DNA of 37,478 bases from Candidatus Kaiserbacteria bacterium (GTDB lineage: Bacteria > Patescibacteriota > Minisyncoccia > Phycocordibacterales > UBA2100), in the NCBI GenBank assembly GCA_027082835.1, contig JALWTP010000040.1, positions 1 to 37,478 on the forward strand. The letters are read 5' to 3'. Position 1 is the first letter of the stretch. Each line of letters begins with the position of its first letter. The notes under the pieces were generated by a model. It had not been told where the DNA came from. It saw only the letters and a list, made by a program, of their open reading frames with translations, and ran no database searches. A program made the translations under genes and the position numbers. This document shows positions 17,956 to 25,297 of the stretch, one piece after another.

Positions 17956-19388
17956 TGAATACAATGAACAAATATATCACCACCACACTTCCGTATGTAA
18001 ACGATAAGCCACACATCGGTCATGCTTTTGAGTTCGTGCAGGCAGATGCGATAGCACGGGCATGGCGTCTGATGGGGGAGGAAGTATTTTTCAATACCGG
18101 TGTAGATGAACATGGGCAAAAAATAGCACAAAAAGCAGACGAGCTGGGGGAATCATATCAGGAATATGTAGACCGCTATGCAAAAACTTTCTCTGATTTG
18201 AAAGAGAAATTAAATCTCTCGTACGATAATTTTATACGCACCACCTCTGCGCAACACGAAGAAGCCGCTAAAGAAATATGGAAACGATGCGAACAAGCAG
18301 GGGATATTTATAAGAAGACATATAAAGGGCTGTACTGTGTGGGTGATGAAATGTTTCTTCGTGATGCAGATTTGGTAGAGGGCAAATGTCCAAATCATCC
18401 CAATATGGATCCTGTAGAAATAGAGGAAGAAAATTGGTTTTTCACACTGAGTAAGTATGAGGATAAACTTATAGAATATCTTTCGGACAAAACAAAGACA
18501 TTGCCTGATTGGCGTAGAGAAGAAGCACTTGCGTTTGTACGCAACGGCCTGGAAGACTTGAGTATATCGCGCTCTAAAGAGCGAATGAGTTGGGGAATAC
18601 CGGTGCCAAATGATGACTCTCAGGTAATGTATGTATGGTTTGACGCATTAACGAACTATATTTCCACACTTGGATGGCCCAATGAAGAAAACTACAAAAC
18701 ATTTTGGGAGAAAGGAGAAACTATGCAAGTTGCCGGTAAGGATCAAATACGATTTCAGTCAATAATATGGCAAGCAATGCTTATGTCAGCTGGACTTCCC
18801 ACCACAGACACTATTTTGTATCACGGTTTTATCAATAGTGGCGGACAAAAAATGAGTAAATCACTCGGTAATGTCATTGATCCGATGGATGTAGTGAGAA
18901 AGTATGGTACTGAGGCGACGCGATATATTTTACTTCGCCATATCCATCCGGTAGACGATTCCGATATTACTTGGGACAAAATGGACGAATGGTATACGGC
19001 ACATCTGGTAAACGGCATTGGCAATTTAACCGCACGCATAATGAAGCTTGCCGAAACACACTTAGAACAGCCAATAGAGCGTCCACAGGCGGCTGACTTT
19101 CCCAAAGAGTATACAGAGGCGATAGAGAGCTATCGTATGGATAAGGCACTTGAGTATGTATGGAGCAAAATAGGAGAACTGGATGAAAAGATAACCGAAA
19201 CAGAGCCATTTCGTGTGGTAAAAGAAGACAAAGAAAAGGGAAGGGAGCTCATACGAGAATTGGCGACAGAGTTATATTCTATAGGGAGAATGCTTAATCC
19301 ATTTATGCCAGAGACCAACAGAATTATAAAAGAATCCATTCTCGCCAACAAAAAACCGGAAAATATGTTTGCACGGTTAGAAAAGTAA
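17955..19388 (+). CDS. metG: methionine--tRNA ligase (short form without C-terminal tRNA-binding domain)
   Basis: TLPYVNDKPHIGHAFE (HIGH motif) and KMSKSLGN. The start overlaps the upstream stop (TAATG). Confidence 0.95.
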   Translation: MNTMNKYITTTLPYVNDKPHIGHAFEFVQADAIARAWRLMGEEVFFNTGVDEHGQKIAQKADELGESYQEYVDRYAKTFSDLKEKLNLSYDNFIRTTSAQHEEAAKEIWKRCEQAGDIYKKTYKGLYCVGDEMFLRDADLVEGKCPNHPNMDPVEIEEENWFFTLSKYEDKLIEYLSDKTKTLPDWRREEALAFVRNGLEDLSISRSKERMSWGIPVPNDDSQVMYVWFDALTNYISTLGWPNEENYKTFWEKGETMQVAGKDQIRFQSIIWQAMLMSAGLPTTDTILYHGFINSGGQKMSKSLGNVIDPMDVVRKYGTEATRYILLRHIHPVDDSDITWDKMDEWYTAHLVNGIGNLTARIMKLAETHLEQPIERPQAADFPKEYTEAIESYRMDKALEYVWSKIGELDEKITETEPFRVVKEDKEKGRELIRELATELYSIGRMLNPFMPETNRIIKESILANKKPENMFARLEK

Positions 19389-19397
19389 TACGGTAAT

Positions 19398-19434
19398 ATT
19401 CAGTATTGCAGTAATACTGAATTACTGATATATT
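19398..19434 (+). promoter_or_regulatory. promoter TTGCAG-17-TATATT overlapped by a 10-bp-arm palindrome (candidate antitoxin operator)
   Basis: ATTCAGTATT (19398-19407) and AATACTGAAT (19413-19422) flank the -35 (19406-19411). The -10 lies at 19429-19434, and the ATG at 19441 is the predicted +1. Confidence 0.45.
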
Positions 19435-19440
19435 TATGTA

Positions 19441-19698
19441 ATGCAAACAATAAAATTACAACAACGCGGTGTTCTTACACTACCAAAAAAGATACGAGAA
19501 GCACTTGATTTAAACGAAGGGCAAATTATGCATGTGGTACAGAAAGGAAAGAAAATTATACTGGAGCCGAATAGTAATGTTGACGCACAGTTGGCAGAAG
19601 ACATACGACAAGGTTTGAAGGATATTAAAGAAGGAAACTACATTGAATTCGGTTCTTTGGAGGAGTTTGATAAGAAGATAGTAAAGTATGAAAATTAA
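19441..19698 (+). CDS. AbrB/MazE/SpoVT-family antitoxin
   Basis: LQQRGVLTLPKKIREALDLNEGQ is a swapped-hairpin SpoVT/AbrB-like motif. It overlaps the toxin gene by 11 nt. Confidence 0.75.
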   Translation: MQTIKLQQRGVLTLPKKIREALDLNEGQIMHVVQKGKKIILEPNSNVDAQLAEDIRQGLKDIKEGNYIEFGSLEEFDKKIVKYEN

Positions 19699-19933
19699 AC
19701 TCACTGATACGGCAGGTAAACAATTTGCAGAACTACCAAAACAGATTCAAAAAAAGACACGGAAACAGTTTGGATATTTATTACAAAACTTCCAACATCC
19801 ATCTTTGCACACAAAAAAGTACAAAGGATACGAAAATCTGTGGCAGGGAAGGATTGATAAAAACTGGCGATTCTATTTTCACATTATAGAACCTCACTAC
19901 ATAATAGTTTCAATTATAAAACACCCAAAGTAA
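19688..19933 (+). CDS. RelE/ParE-superfamily type II toxin
   Basis: 81 aa. The C-terminal pattern WQGRIDKNWRFYFHIIEPHYIIVSIIKHPK matches the RelE/ParE family pattern (R-x-G-x-Y-R-hydrophobic). It is genetically coupled to the antitoxin. Confidence 0.7.
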   Translation: MKIKLTDTAGKQFAELPKQIQKKTRKQFGYLLQNFQHPSLHTKKYKGYENLWQGRIDKNWRFYFHIIEPHYIIVSIIKHPK

Positions 19934-19955
19934 AAAATAATTCAAGATGAATAAA

Positions 19956-19989
19956 AAACGCCCCCCGTCGCCGTGCGATGGGGGCGTTT
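19956..19989. terminator. bidirectional GC-rich hairpin terminator
   Basis: AAACGCCCCC ... GGGGGCGTTT. On the minus strand it is followed by TTTTTTATTC. Confidence 0.65.
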
Positions 19990-19994
19990 GGGCA

Positions 19995-20174
19995 TCAGGC
20001 GTACCACAGCTTTGCGGTCACAAGGACCACAAAAAAAGTGATCGCCGGATACCCGGCGCAAATCATGAAGTTGGCCGGAACCAGCTTCATGAATTCGTTT
20101 TGGGGGGTATGCGCAACATACCCCACACCCATCACCGCAAATGCGGCGATGAATGCTGCCAGAATGGAGTGCAT
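19995..20174 (-). CDS. 59-aa two-TM membrane protein (below the 60-aa cutoff of the ORF track)
   Basis: My own translation of the minus strand gives MHSILAAFIAAFAVMGVGYVAHTPQNEFMKLVPANFMICAGYPAITFFVVLVTAKLWYA. It is preceded by AAAGGAGAAGG and followed by a terminator with a T run. Confidence 0.6.
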   Translation of the reverse strand: MHSILAAFIAAFAVMGVGYVAHTPQNEFMKLVPANFMICAGYPAITFFVVLVTAKLWYA

Positions 20175-20295
20175 GGCCTTCTCCTTTTCAGCTTGAAATC
20201 TAATAAAAATATAACACTTTTCTATATAAAAGTCAAGTGAAAGGCACGGGAGATAACAATGATAAACTCATACGCACTGTGTCATAATAAGCACT

Positions 20296-21099
20296 ATGAA
20301 CATGGAATACATAGACACACATTCGCATATATACGAAAAGCAATTTGACGAAGATCGCGAGGCGGTTTTGGAAAGAATGCGCGAGAGTGGAGTAACTACT
20401 ATCACCGTGGGTACTTGTTTTAAGACGAGTCAACAGGCGGTGGAACTCGCGCGAGGCGAAGCCTCGCGCGAACAGATAGTAGGTGCAACTATCGGCGTGC
20501 ATCCGACCGATACCAATGAGTCATTTGATGCAGATAAATATGAAAAGCTATTAAATGAGAAAGTGGTAGGAATAGGAGAGTGCGGCTTTGATTATTTTCG
20601 CACCCCTCGTGATGAAGTATATGTACGCCAACGAGAAGTATTTGAAGCACAAGTGCGGTTCGCCGCAGGGCACGACTTACCACTAATGCTCCACATACGC
20701 CCGTCGGAGCATTCTACCGATGCACACGAAGACGCTCTTGAAGTACTAAGGCTGTATCAAAAGGAATATGGTGATACAGTGCGAGGAAATGTGCACTTCT
20801 TCACTTCTACAAAAGAAATAGCACGCGAATACCTTGCACTCGGTTTTACCATTGCTTTCCCCGGGGTAATCACTTTTGCGCCTGAGTTACACGAAGTAGT
20901 ACGAGATGTACCACTTGATATGATGCTCGCAGAGACAGACGCACCGTATGCAGCACCGGTGCCACACAGAGGAAAGAGAAATGAACCTGTTTTTGTGATA
21001 GACACCATTAAAGCAATTGCTGATATTCGTGGGGAAGACTTTGATACCGCAGCAACACAATTAACCAAAAACGCTCGCACTGTATTTAATATTTTATAG
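20296..21099 (+). CDS. tatD: TatD-family metal-dependent hydrolase/DNase
   Basis: YIDTHSHIY (HxH), GECGFDY, LPLMLHIR, and ETDAPY motifs. Confidence 0.9.
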   Translation: MNMEYIDTHSHIYEKQFDEDREAVLERMRESGVTTITVGTCFKTSQQAVELARGEASREQIVGATIGVHPTDTNESFDADKYEKLLNEKVVGIGECGFDYFRTPRDEVYVRQREVFEAQVRFAAGHDLPLMLHIRPSEHSTDAHEDALEVLRLYQKEYGDTVRGNVHFFTSTKEIAREYLALGFTIAFPGVITFAPELHEVVRDVPLDMMLAETDAPYAAPVPHRGKRNEPVFVIDTIKAIADIRGEDFDTAATQLTKNARTVFNIL

Positions 21100-21113
21100 G
21101 GGCACCATAGAAA

Positions 21114-21141
21114 TTGACAAAATAGTGAAAATGGTTAATAT
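21114..21141 (+). promoter_or_regulatory. near-consensus promoter TTGACA-16-TAATAT for the second TA operon
   Basis: TTGACA at 21114-21119 and TAATAT at 21136-21141. The predicted +1 is at 21148/21149, which coincides with the third in-frame ATG. Confidence 0.5.
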
Positions 21142-21148
21142 GGTTAAT

Positions 21149-21403
21149 ATGACCAATAAAACAATTCCAGCAACAAAGGCAAAAACTGCATTCGCACAGT
21201 TAGTAGATTCGGCGCGAAATGAGCCAGTCACCGTAACAAGAAACAGCAGGGCAATTGCAGTGGTTATGTCACCTGAGAAATTTGAACAACTATCAGCATT
21301 AGAAGATGCTTATTGGGCAAGTGAAGCAAAAAAGGCACAAAAAAGTGGCTTTTTAAGCAATAAGGAAAGCACTCAACTTCTAAACGAAATGCTCAATGCG
21401 TAA
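21149..21403 (+). CDS. Phd/YefM-family antitoxin
   Basis: IPATKAKTAFAQLVDSARNEPVTVTRNSRAIAVVMSPEKFEQL is a classic Phd/YefM N-terminus. The upstream in-frame starts at 21125, 21131 and 21140 lie inside the predicted promoter. Confidence 0.8.
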   Translation: MTNKTIPATKAKTAFAQLVDSARNEPVTVTRNSRAIAVVMSPEKFEQLSALEDAYWASEAKKAQKSGFLSNKESTQLLNEMLNA

Positions 21404-21656
21404 CATACAATTCTCTAAAAAAGCGCAAAAATATATAAAAAGTTTGGTGGCAAAGCACCAAAAACAAATAGCACAGCATATAGTGTTGCTACAAAAAGAC
21501 CCGAATTCACAAAATACTAAAAAATTACAAGGACACGCTCTGTACAGAATACGGAGTGGAGATTATAGAATAATATATTCATACGATAACGACACGGTTT
21601 TTATACTGGTTATAGGAAAAAGAAACGATGCAGAAGTATATAAAAAACTTAAATAA
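21396..21656 (+). CDS. RelE/ParE-family toxin
   Basis: LQGHALYRIRSGDYRIIYSYDNDTVFILVIGKRNDAEVYKKL. It overlaps the antitoxin by 8 nt. Confidence 0.8.
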   Translation: MRNIQFSKKAQKYIKSLVAKHQKQIAQHIVLLQKDPNSQNTKKLQGHALYRIRSGDYRIIYSYDNDTVFILVIGKRNDAEVYKKLK

Positions 21657-21679
21657 CACCTTGCGAGCATAGGGTAGCT

Positions 21680-22273
21680 ATGGTATTCTCATTGACCATG
21701 ACAGAGAAAATAGAAAAAACAACCGAAGAAAATGCAAGTGATGCACAAGTATACGAACTTGGGTACCATTTGCTACCTACAATTGCACAAGACGAATTGG
21801 AAGCGGAAGTTGCTAAACTACGCAGTGCAATAGAGAGTCGCGGAGGGTCATTTATATCAGAAGGCACTCCCGCAATGAACAATCTTGCCTACACTATGTA
21901 TGTAAACAATGGTGGTAAGAATACCAAATACGATACAGCATACTTTGGATGGATTAAGTTTGAGATGCAACCTGGTGAAGCCCGAATGCTTCAAGAAGAA
22001 GACTTGAAAGAAAATAAACAAATACTGCGATTTACCGTAGTCAAAACTACCAGAGACGAAACACGCGCAAAAATGCAAACAGAACAAAACACAGTATTTA
22101 GAGAAGTACAAACAAACAAAACAATAGAAAAACCTGAAGCAGTAAAAGAAGAAAGTGCCGAAGTGTCAGAAGAAGAGATATCTAAATCAATAGATGACTT
22201 GGTTGGGGACACTGAGTCAACAGATAGCGAAACTACATCAGAGGAAGAAAGTAAAGAAGAAACACAAGAGTAA
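21680..22273 (+). CDS. rpsF: 30S ribosomal protein S6 with long acidic C-terminal tail
   Basis: YELGYHL...LAYTM...GWIKFEM...ILRFTVVK matches the S6 core. It lies upstream of ssb and rpsR. An alternative start exists at 21698. Confidence 0.8.
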   Translation: MVFSLTMTEKIEKTTEENASDAQVYELGYHLLPTIAQDELEAEVAKLRSAIESRGGSFISEGTPAMNNLAYTMYVNNGGKNTKYDTAYFGWIKFEMQPGEARMLQEEDLKENKQILRFTVVKTTRDETRAKMQTEQNTVFREVQTNKTIEKPEAVKEESAEVSEEEISKSIDDLVGDTESTDSETTSEEESKEETQE

Positions 22274-22295
22274 AACATATTTTCTATTCTACTCA

Positions 22296-22335
22296 AAAAC
22301 AAAACGGACCGCGTACATGGTCCGTTTTGTTTTTC
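22296..22335. terminator. bidirectional terminator between convergent rpsF and ssb
   Basis: AAAACAAAACGGACC-gcgtacat-GGTCCGTTTTGTTTT. Confidence 0.7.
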
Positions 22336-22349
22336 TATGGATACAAAGA

Positions 22350-22793
22350 TTAGAATGGTATGTCGTCCGGGTCAATATCTTCTTCAGGATATTCTATGCC
22401 TCCTGCGGGAGCAGGAGTAGGCTCAGATGCTTCGTCTCCCGATACTGATGCGGAAGGCGCTCCACTTCCTCCTTTTGGGCCAAATTGAACACGATCGGCA
22501 ACCAACTCAGTACGGTATTTCTTTTGTCCGTCTTGTTCCCAGCTTCGCGTTTGCATTCGTCCTTCTACGAAAGCCGTGCTTCCTTTTTTAAGATATTGCG
22601 AAACAAGCTCTGCCTGGCGTCCAAATACAACGATATTGTGCCAATCGGTCTGTTCTTGTTTTTGTCCTTCTTTGTCTTTGTATACACGCGTTGTTGCGAT
22701 AGAAAAAGTGGCAACATTTACTCCCGATGGGAGCGACTTAAGCTCAGGGTCTCTACCAAGATTTCCGTATACAAATGCTTTGTTAATATACAT
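22350..22793 (-). CDS. ssb: single-stranded DNA-binding protein
   Basis: The OB-fold N-terminus (NKAFVYGNLGRDPELK, TDWHNIVVFG), a Gly/Pro linker and the canonical acidic tip DDIPF are present. Confidence 0.95.
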   Translation of the reverse strand: MYINKAFVYGNLGRDPELKSLPSGVNVATFSIATTRVYKDKEGQKQEQTDWHNIVVFGRQAELVSQYLKKGSTAFVEGRMQTRSWEQDGQKKYRTELVADRVQFGPKGGSGAPSASVSGDEASEPTPAPAGGIEYPEEDIDPDDIPF

Positions 22794-22882
22794 ATTTAAT
22801 ACTATTACACCTATTTATATATCCACATTGTACCAAAATACCCAAGCATACGCACGGATATAAGACAAAGAGGCAAAAACAC

Positions 22883-22910
22883 TTGAAAATACGGTTTTAT
22901 AGTGTATTAT
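22883..22910 (+). promoter_or_regulatory. promoter candidate for rpsR (TTGAAA-16-TATTAT)
   Basis: Hexamers at 22883-22888 and 22905-22910. Confidence 0.45.
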
Positions 22911-22932
22911 CTGTCTACCTAAATAAAAAAAT

Positions 22933-23133
22933 ATGTCAGCAGATTATTTTTCACAAAATGGTATCAAATATATTGATTACAAAGACACAGAGGTGTTGAA
23001 GAAATTTCTTAATCCCCATGGGAGGATTAAGAGCCGTTTGCAAACAGGGCTTACGGCAAAACACCAACGAGATGTGACTCGTGCTGTAAAGCGCGCACGA
23101 GAAATGGGGCTCATCCCATACATCATCAAATAA
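22933..23133 (+). CDS. rpsR: 30S ribosomal protein S18
   Basis: IDYKDTEVLKKFLNPHGRIKSRLQTGLTAKHQRDVTRAVKRAREMGLIPY matches the S18 signature. Confidence 0.9.
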   Translation: MSADYFSQNGIKYIDYKDTEVLKKFLNPHGRIKSRLQTGLTAKHQRDVTRAVKRAREMGLIPYIIK

Positions 23134-23157
23134 GAAGGGGGACTCTTCTAATAATTA

Positions 23158-23194
23158 CACAAAGGGCACTGTCTTGACGACAGTGCCCTTTGTG
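23158..23194 (+). terminator. hairpin (terminator candidate, weak T tract)
   Basis: CACAAAGGGCACTGTC-ttgac-GACAGTGCCCTTTGTG, a 16-bp stem. Confidence 0.5.
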
Positions 23195-23238
23195 ATAGTT
23201 TAGGTGTAGGCATTTTGTCTTAATAAAAGGAGGTTTAG

Positions 23239-23448
23239 ATGAATATCGCAAAGAAAACAGCGTGGGTACACGCGTTCTGGGGAACTTTTTTATCCTCGGT
23301 GATCATATTCCTGCTTTTAACCGCCAAAGGACAGCCCGTCTTGTCTTTTGGAGAGTATATGTTTGCTCTCGTGGCGTTGCCTCTCTATGTAGGTGTTGCA
23401 GGGTTCTTCCATGGATGGATGCTTGGCAAGTTTGTATACGCCAAGTAA
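23239..23448 (+). CDS. 69-aa two-TM membrane protein, function unknown
   Basis: AAGGAGG (23227-23233) lies 5 nt before the ATG. Two hydrophobic helices are present and a terminator follows. Confidence 0.6.
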   Translation: MNIAKKTAWVHAFWGTFLSSVIIFLLLTAKGQPVLSFGEYMFALVALPLYVGVAGFFHGWMLGKFVYAK

Positions 23449-23481
23449 AAAACAGAAGAATAGCCCACCTCAAACATGGAC

Positions 23482-23516
23482 CCCCCGACTATGAAAGTCG
23501 GGGGCTTTACTTTTTA
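23482..23516 (+). terminator. rho-independent terminator
   Basis: CCCCCGACT-atgaa-AGTCGGGGG followed by CTTTACTTTTT. Confidence 0.6.
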
Positions 23517-23530
23517 TATTAAGGCATACT

Positions 23531-24094
23531 CTACACACGCTCTGCGTATTCGCCGGTCTGTGTATTGACGCGTATGGTGTCTCCAACTTCAATGAAAAGG
23601 GGAGTGGTAACGGAAAGTCCGGTTTCGGTTACTACTACTTTGTTGCCACCTGCAGAGGTATTACCGCGAATGTTTGGCGGTGCTTCCACCACTTTAAGCT
23701 CCACTTTTATGGGGATTTTAATACCAATTATTTCATCATCAAACACCTGCGCTTCCACGATGTCTTTTTCTTTAATGTATTTTAATGTGTCGCCGACAAT
23801 GTCACTTGATAATTCAAATCGGTTCTTTGGATTATCAGGGTCGCTAAAGACAATAGTGCCTCTATTTTCATATATAAATTGAATATCACGCGCTTCTATG
23901 TTTGCCTCTACTATTTTGTCTGCTTGCGTAAATGTTTTTTCAACAGTTGCGTCGGTGCGCATATTTTTCATTTTTGCGGTGTTGTGTGGCTTTTGGCGTT
24001 GCTTTTTAACCACACCACTGGTAGCAACCACTTCAAAAGGTGCGTCATCAAACACGATTATTTTTCCCGGTTTTAAGTCTGTATATGAAAGCAT
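23531..24094 (-). CDS. efp: translation elongation factor P
   Basis: Full-length three-domain EF-P pattern, including VELKVVEAPPNIRGNTSAGGNKVVVTETG and GEYAERV at the C-terminus. Confidence 0.95.
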   Translation of the reverse strand: MLSYTDLKPGKIIVFDDAPFEVVATSGVVKKQRQKPHNTAKMKNMRTDATVEKTFTQADKIVEANIEARDIQFIYENRGTIVFSDPDNPKNRFELSSDIVGDTLKYIKEKDIVEAQVFDDEIIGIKIPIKVELKVVEAPPNIRGNTSAGGNKVVVTETGLSVTTPLFIEVGDTIRVNTQTGEYAERV

Positions 24095-24142
24095 ATGGAG
24101 AGATTATACTCAGTTTATTATTATCTGCAATTTTATGTGGTG

Positions 24143-25240
24143 CTATACCGCATCTTTCAGCGCTTGTCGTATTTCTTTCATTATGGCACTGGCTACCGGT
24201 TTGTTTTCGCGCAGGAAGGTCCGTGCAGCATCATACCCACGGCCGAGCGATATATCATCAAATTTATACGAAGCACCTGATTTTTGTACGATACCGTACT
24301 TTTCTCCGAGTGCGAGTATCTCACCTTCACGCGATATTCCTTCGTTGTATATAAGGTCAAATTCAGCGGTTCGGAAGGGGGCTGCAACTTTGTTTTTAAC
24401 CACCTTCACGCGGTGCCGACCTCCCATTATTTCGGTCCCTTTCTTTATCTGTGCAATACGGCGTATGTCCATTCGCACCGAACTATAAAATTTCAAAGCT
24501 TTACCACCTGTTGTCGTCTCAGGATTACCAAAGACCATGCCTATCTTCATTCGCGTTTGGTTTATAAAGATGATCACCGTGTTGCTTTTCGCACTGATGG
24601 CGGTGAGTTTACGCATTGCTTGCGACATTAAGCGCGCTTGCTTTCCCATCTGGTGTGATCCCATATCACCTTCAATCTCATCTTTTGGCGTCAGCGCTGC
24701 GACAGAGTCCACCACGATGACATCAAGATTGCCCGATCGTACCAAACTCTCAACTATTTCAAGTGCTTGTTCTCCAGTGTCCGGCTGTGAAATAAGGAGA
24801 TCTTGTGTTTTTACCCCGAGGTTTTTTGCATATACTGGGTCAAGCGCGTGTTCTGCATCTATAAATGCGCATATTCCGTTTTTCTTTTGTGCTTCAGATA
24901 TTACGTGTAGCGACAGGGTAGTCTTTCCTGATGACTCTGGACCGTATATTTCTATTATACGTCCGCGTGGGAGGCCCCCAATACCAAGTGCCCAATCAAC
25001 ACCGATTGAGCCTGTCGGCACGGTATCTACATCCACATGAGCGGTGTCGCCAAGCATCATAATGGCTTCGTCACCGAATTTGTTTCGTATAGAAGCAAGT
25101 GCTTCGTTAACCTTTTCGTTATCTTTGTTTCTCTCTTCCGCTTTTTGAGACGACTTTTTTGCGGTGGCTGTTTTCTTTTCAGTTTTTACACCCTCTTTCT
25201 TTGTGGTAGTTTTCTTTGTTGTTTTTTTAGCTGCACTCAT
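24143..25240 (-). CDS. recA: recombinase RecA with Lys-rich N-terminal extension
   Basis: Walker [14 protein letters not shown], then FIDAEHALD and [11 protein letters not shown]. Confidence 0.97.
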   Translation of the reverse strand: MSAAKKTTKKTTTKKEGVKTEKKTATAKKSSQKAEERNKDNEKVNEALASIRNKFGDEAIMMLGDTAHVDVDTVPTGSIGVDWALGIGGLPRGRIIEIYGPESSGKTTLSLHVISEAQKKNGICAFIDAEHALDPVYAKNLGVKTQDLLISQPDTGEQALEIVESLVRSGNLDVIVVDSVAALTPKDEIEGDMGSHQMGKQARLMSQAMRKLTAISAKSNTVIIFINQTRMKIGMVFGNPETTTGGKALKFYSSVRMDIRRIAQIKKGTEIMGGRHRVKVVKNKVAAPFRTAEFDLIYNEGISREGEILALGEKYGIVQKSGASYKFDDISLGRGYDAARTFLRENKPVASAIMKEIRQALKDAV

Positions 25241-25297
25241 ATATTTTTCTAATCATAATAACCCCTATAGTGTATCAGTAATTGCTCACTTTTTCCT

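Noticed and set aside
19947-20240. 97-aa and 72-aa plus-strand ORFs from the track
   Set aside because: They begin inside or just next to a terminator hairpin, lack an SD and encode His/Cys/Arg-rich sequence. The 59-aa minus-strand ORF with an SD, TM helices and a terminator explains the region better.
23898-24488. 196-aa plus-strand ORF (and nested ORFs at 24040-24354 and 24095-24280)
   Set aside because: It spans the efp/recA junction antisense to two unambiguous conserved genes. The product is Cys/Phe/Arg-rich and not protein-like.
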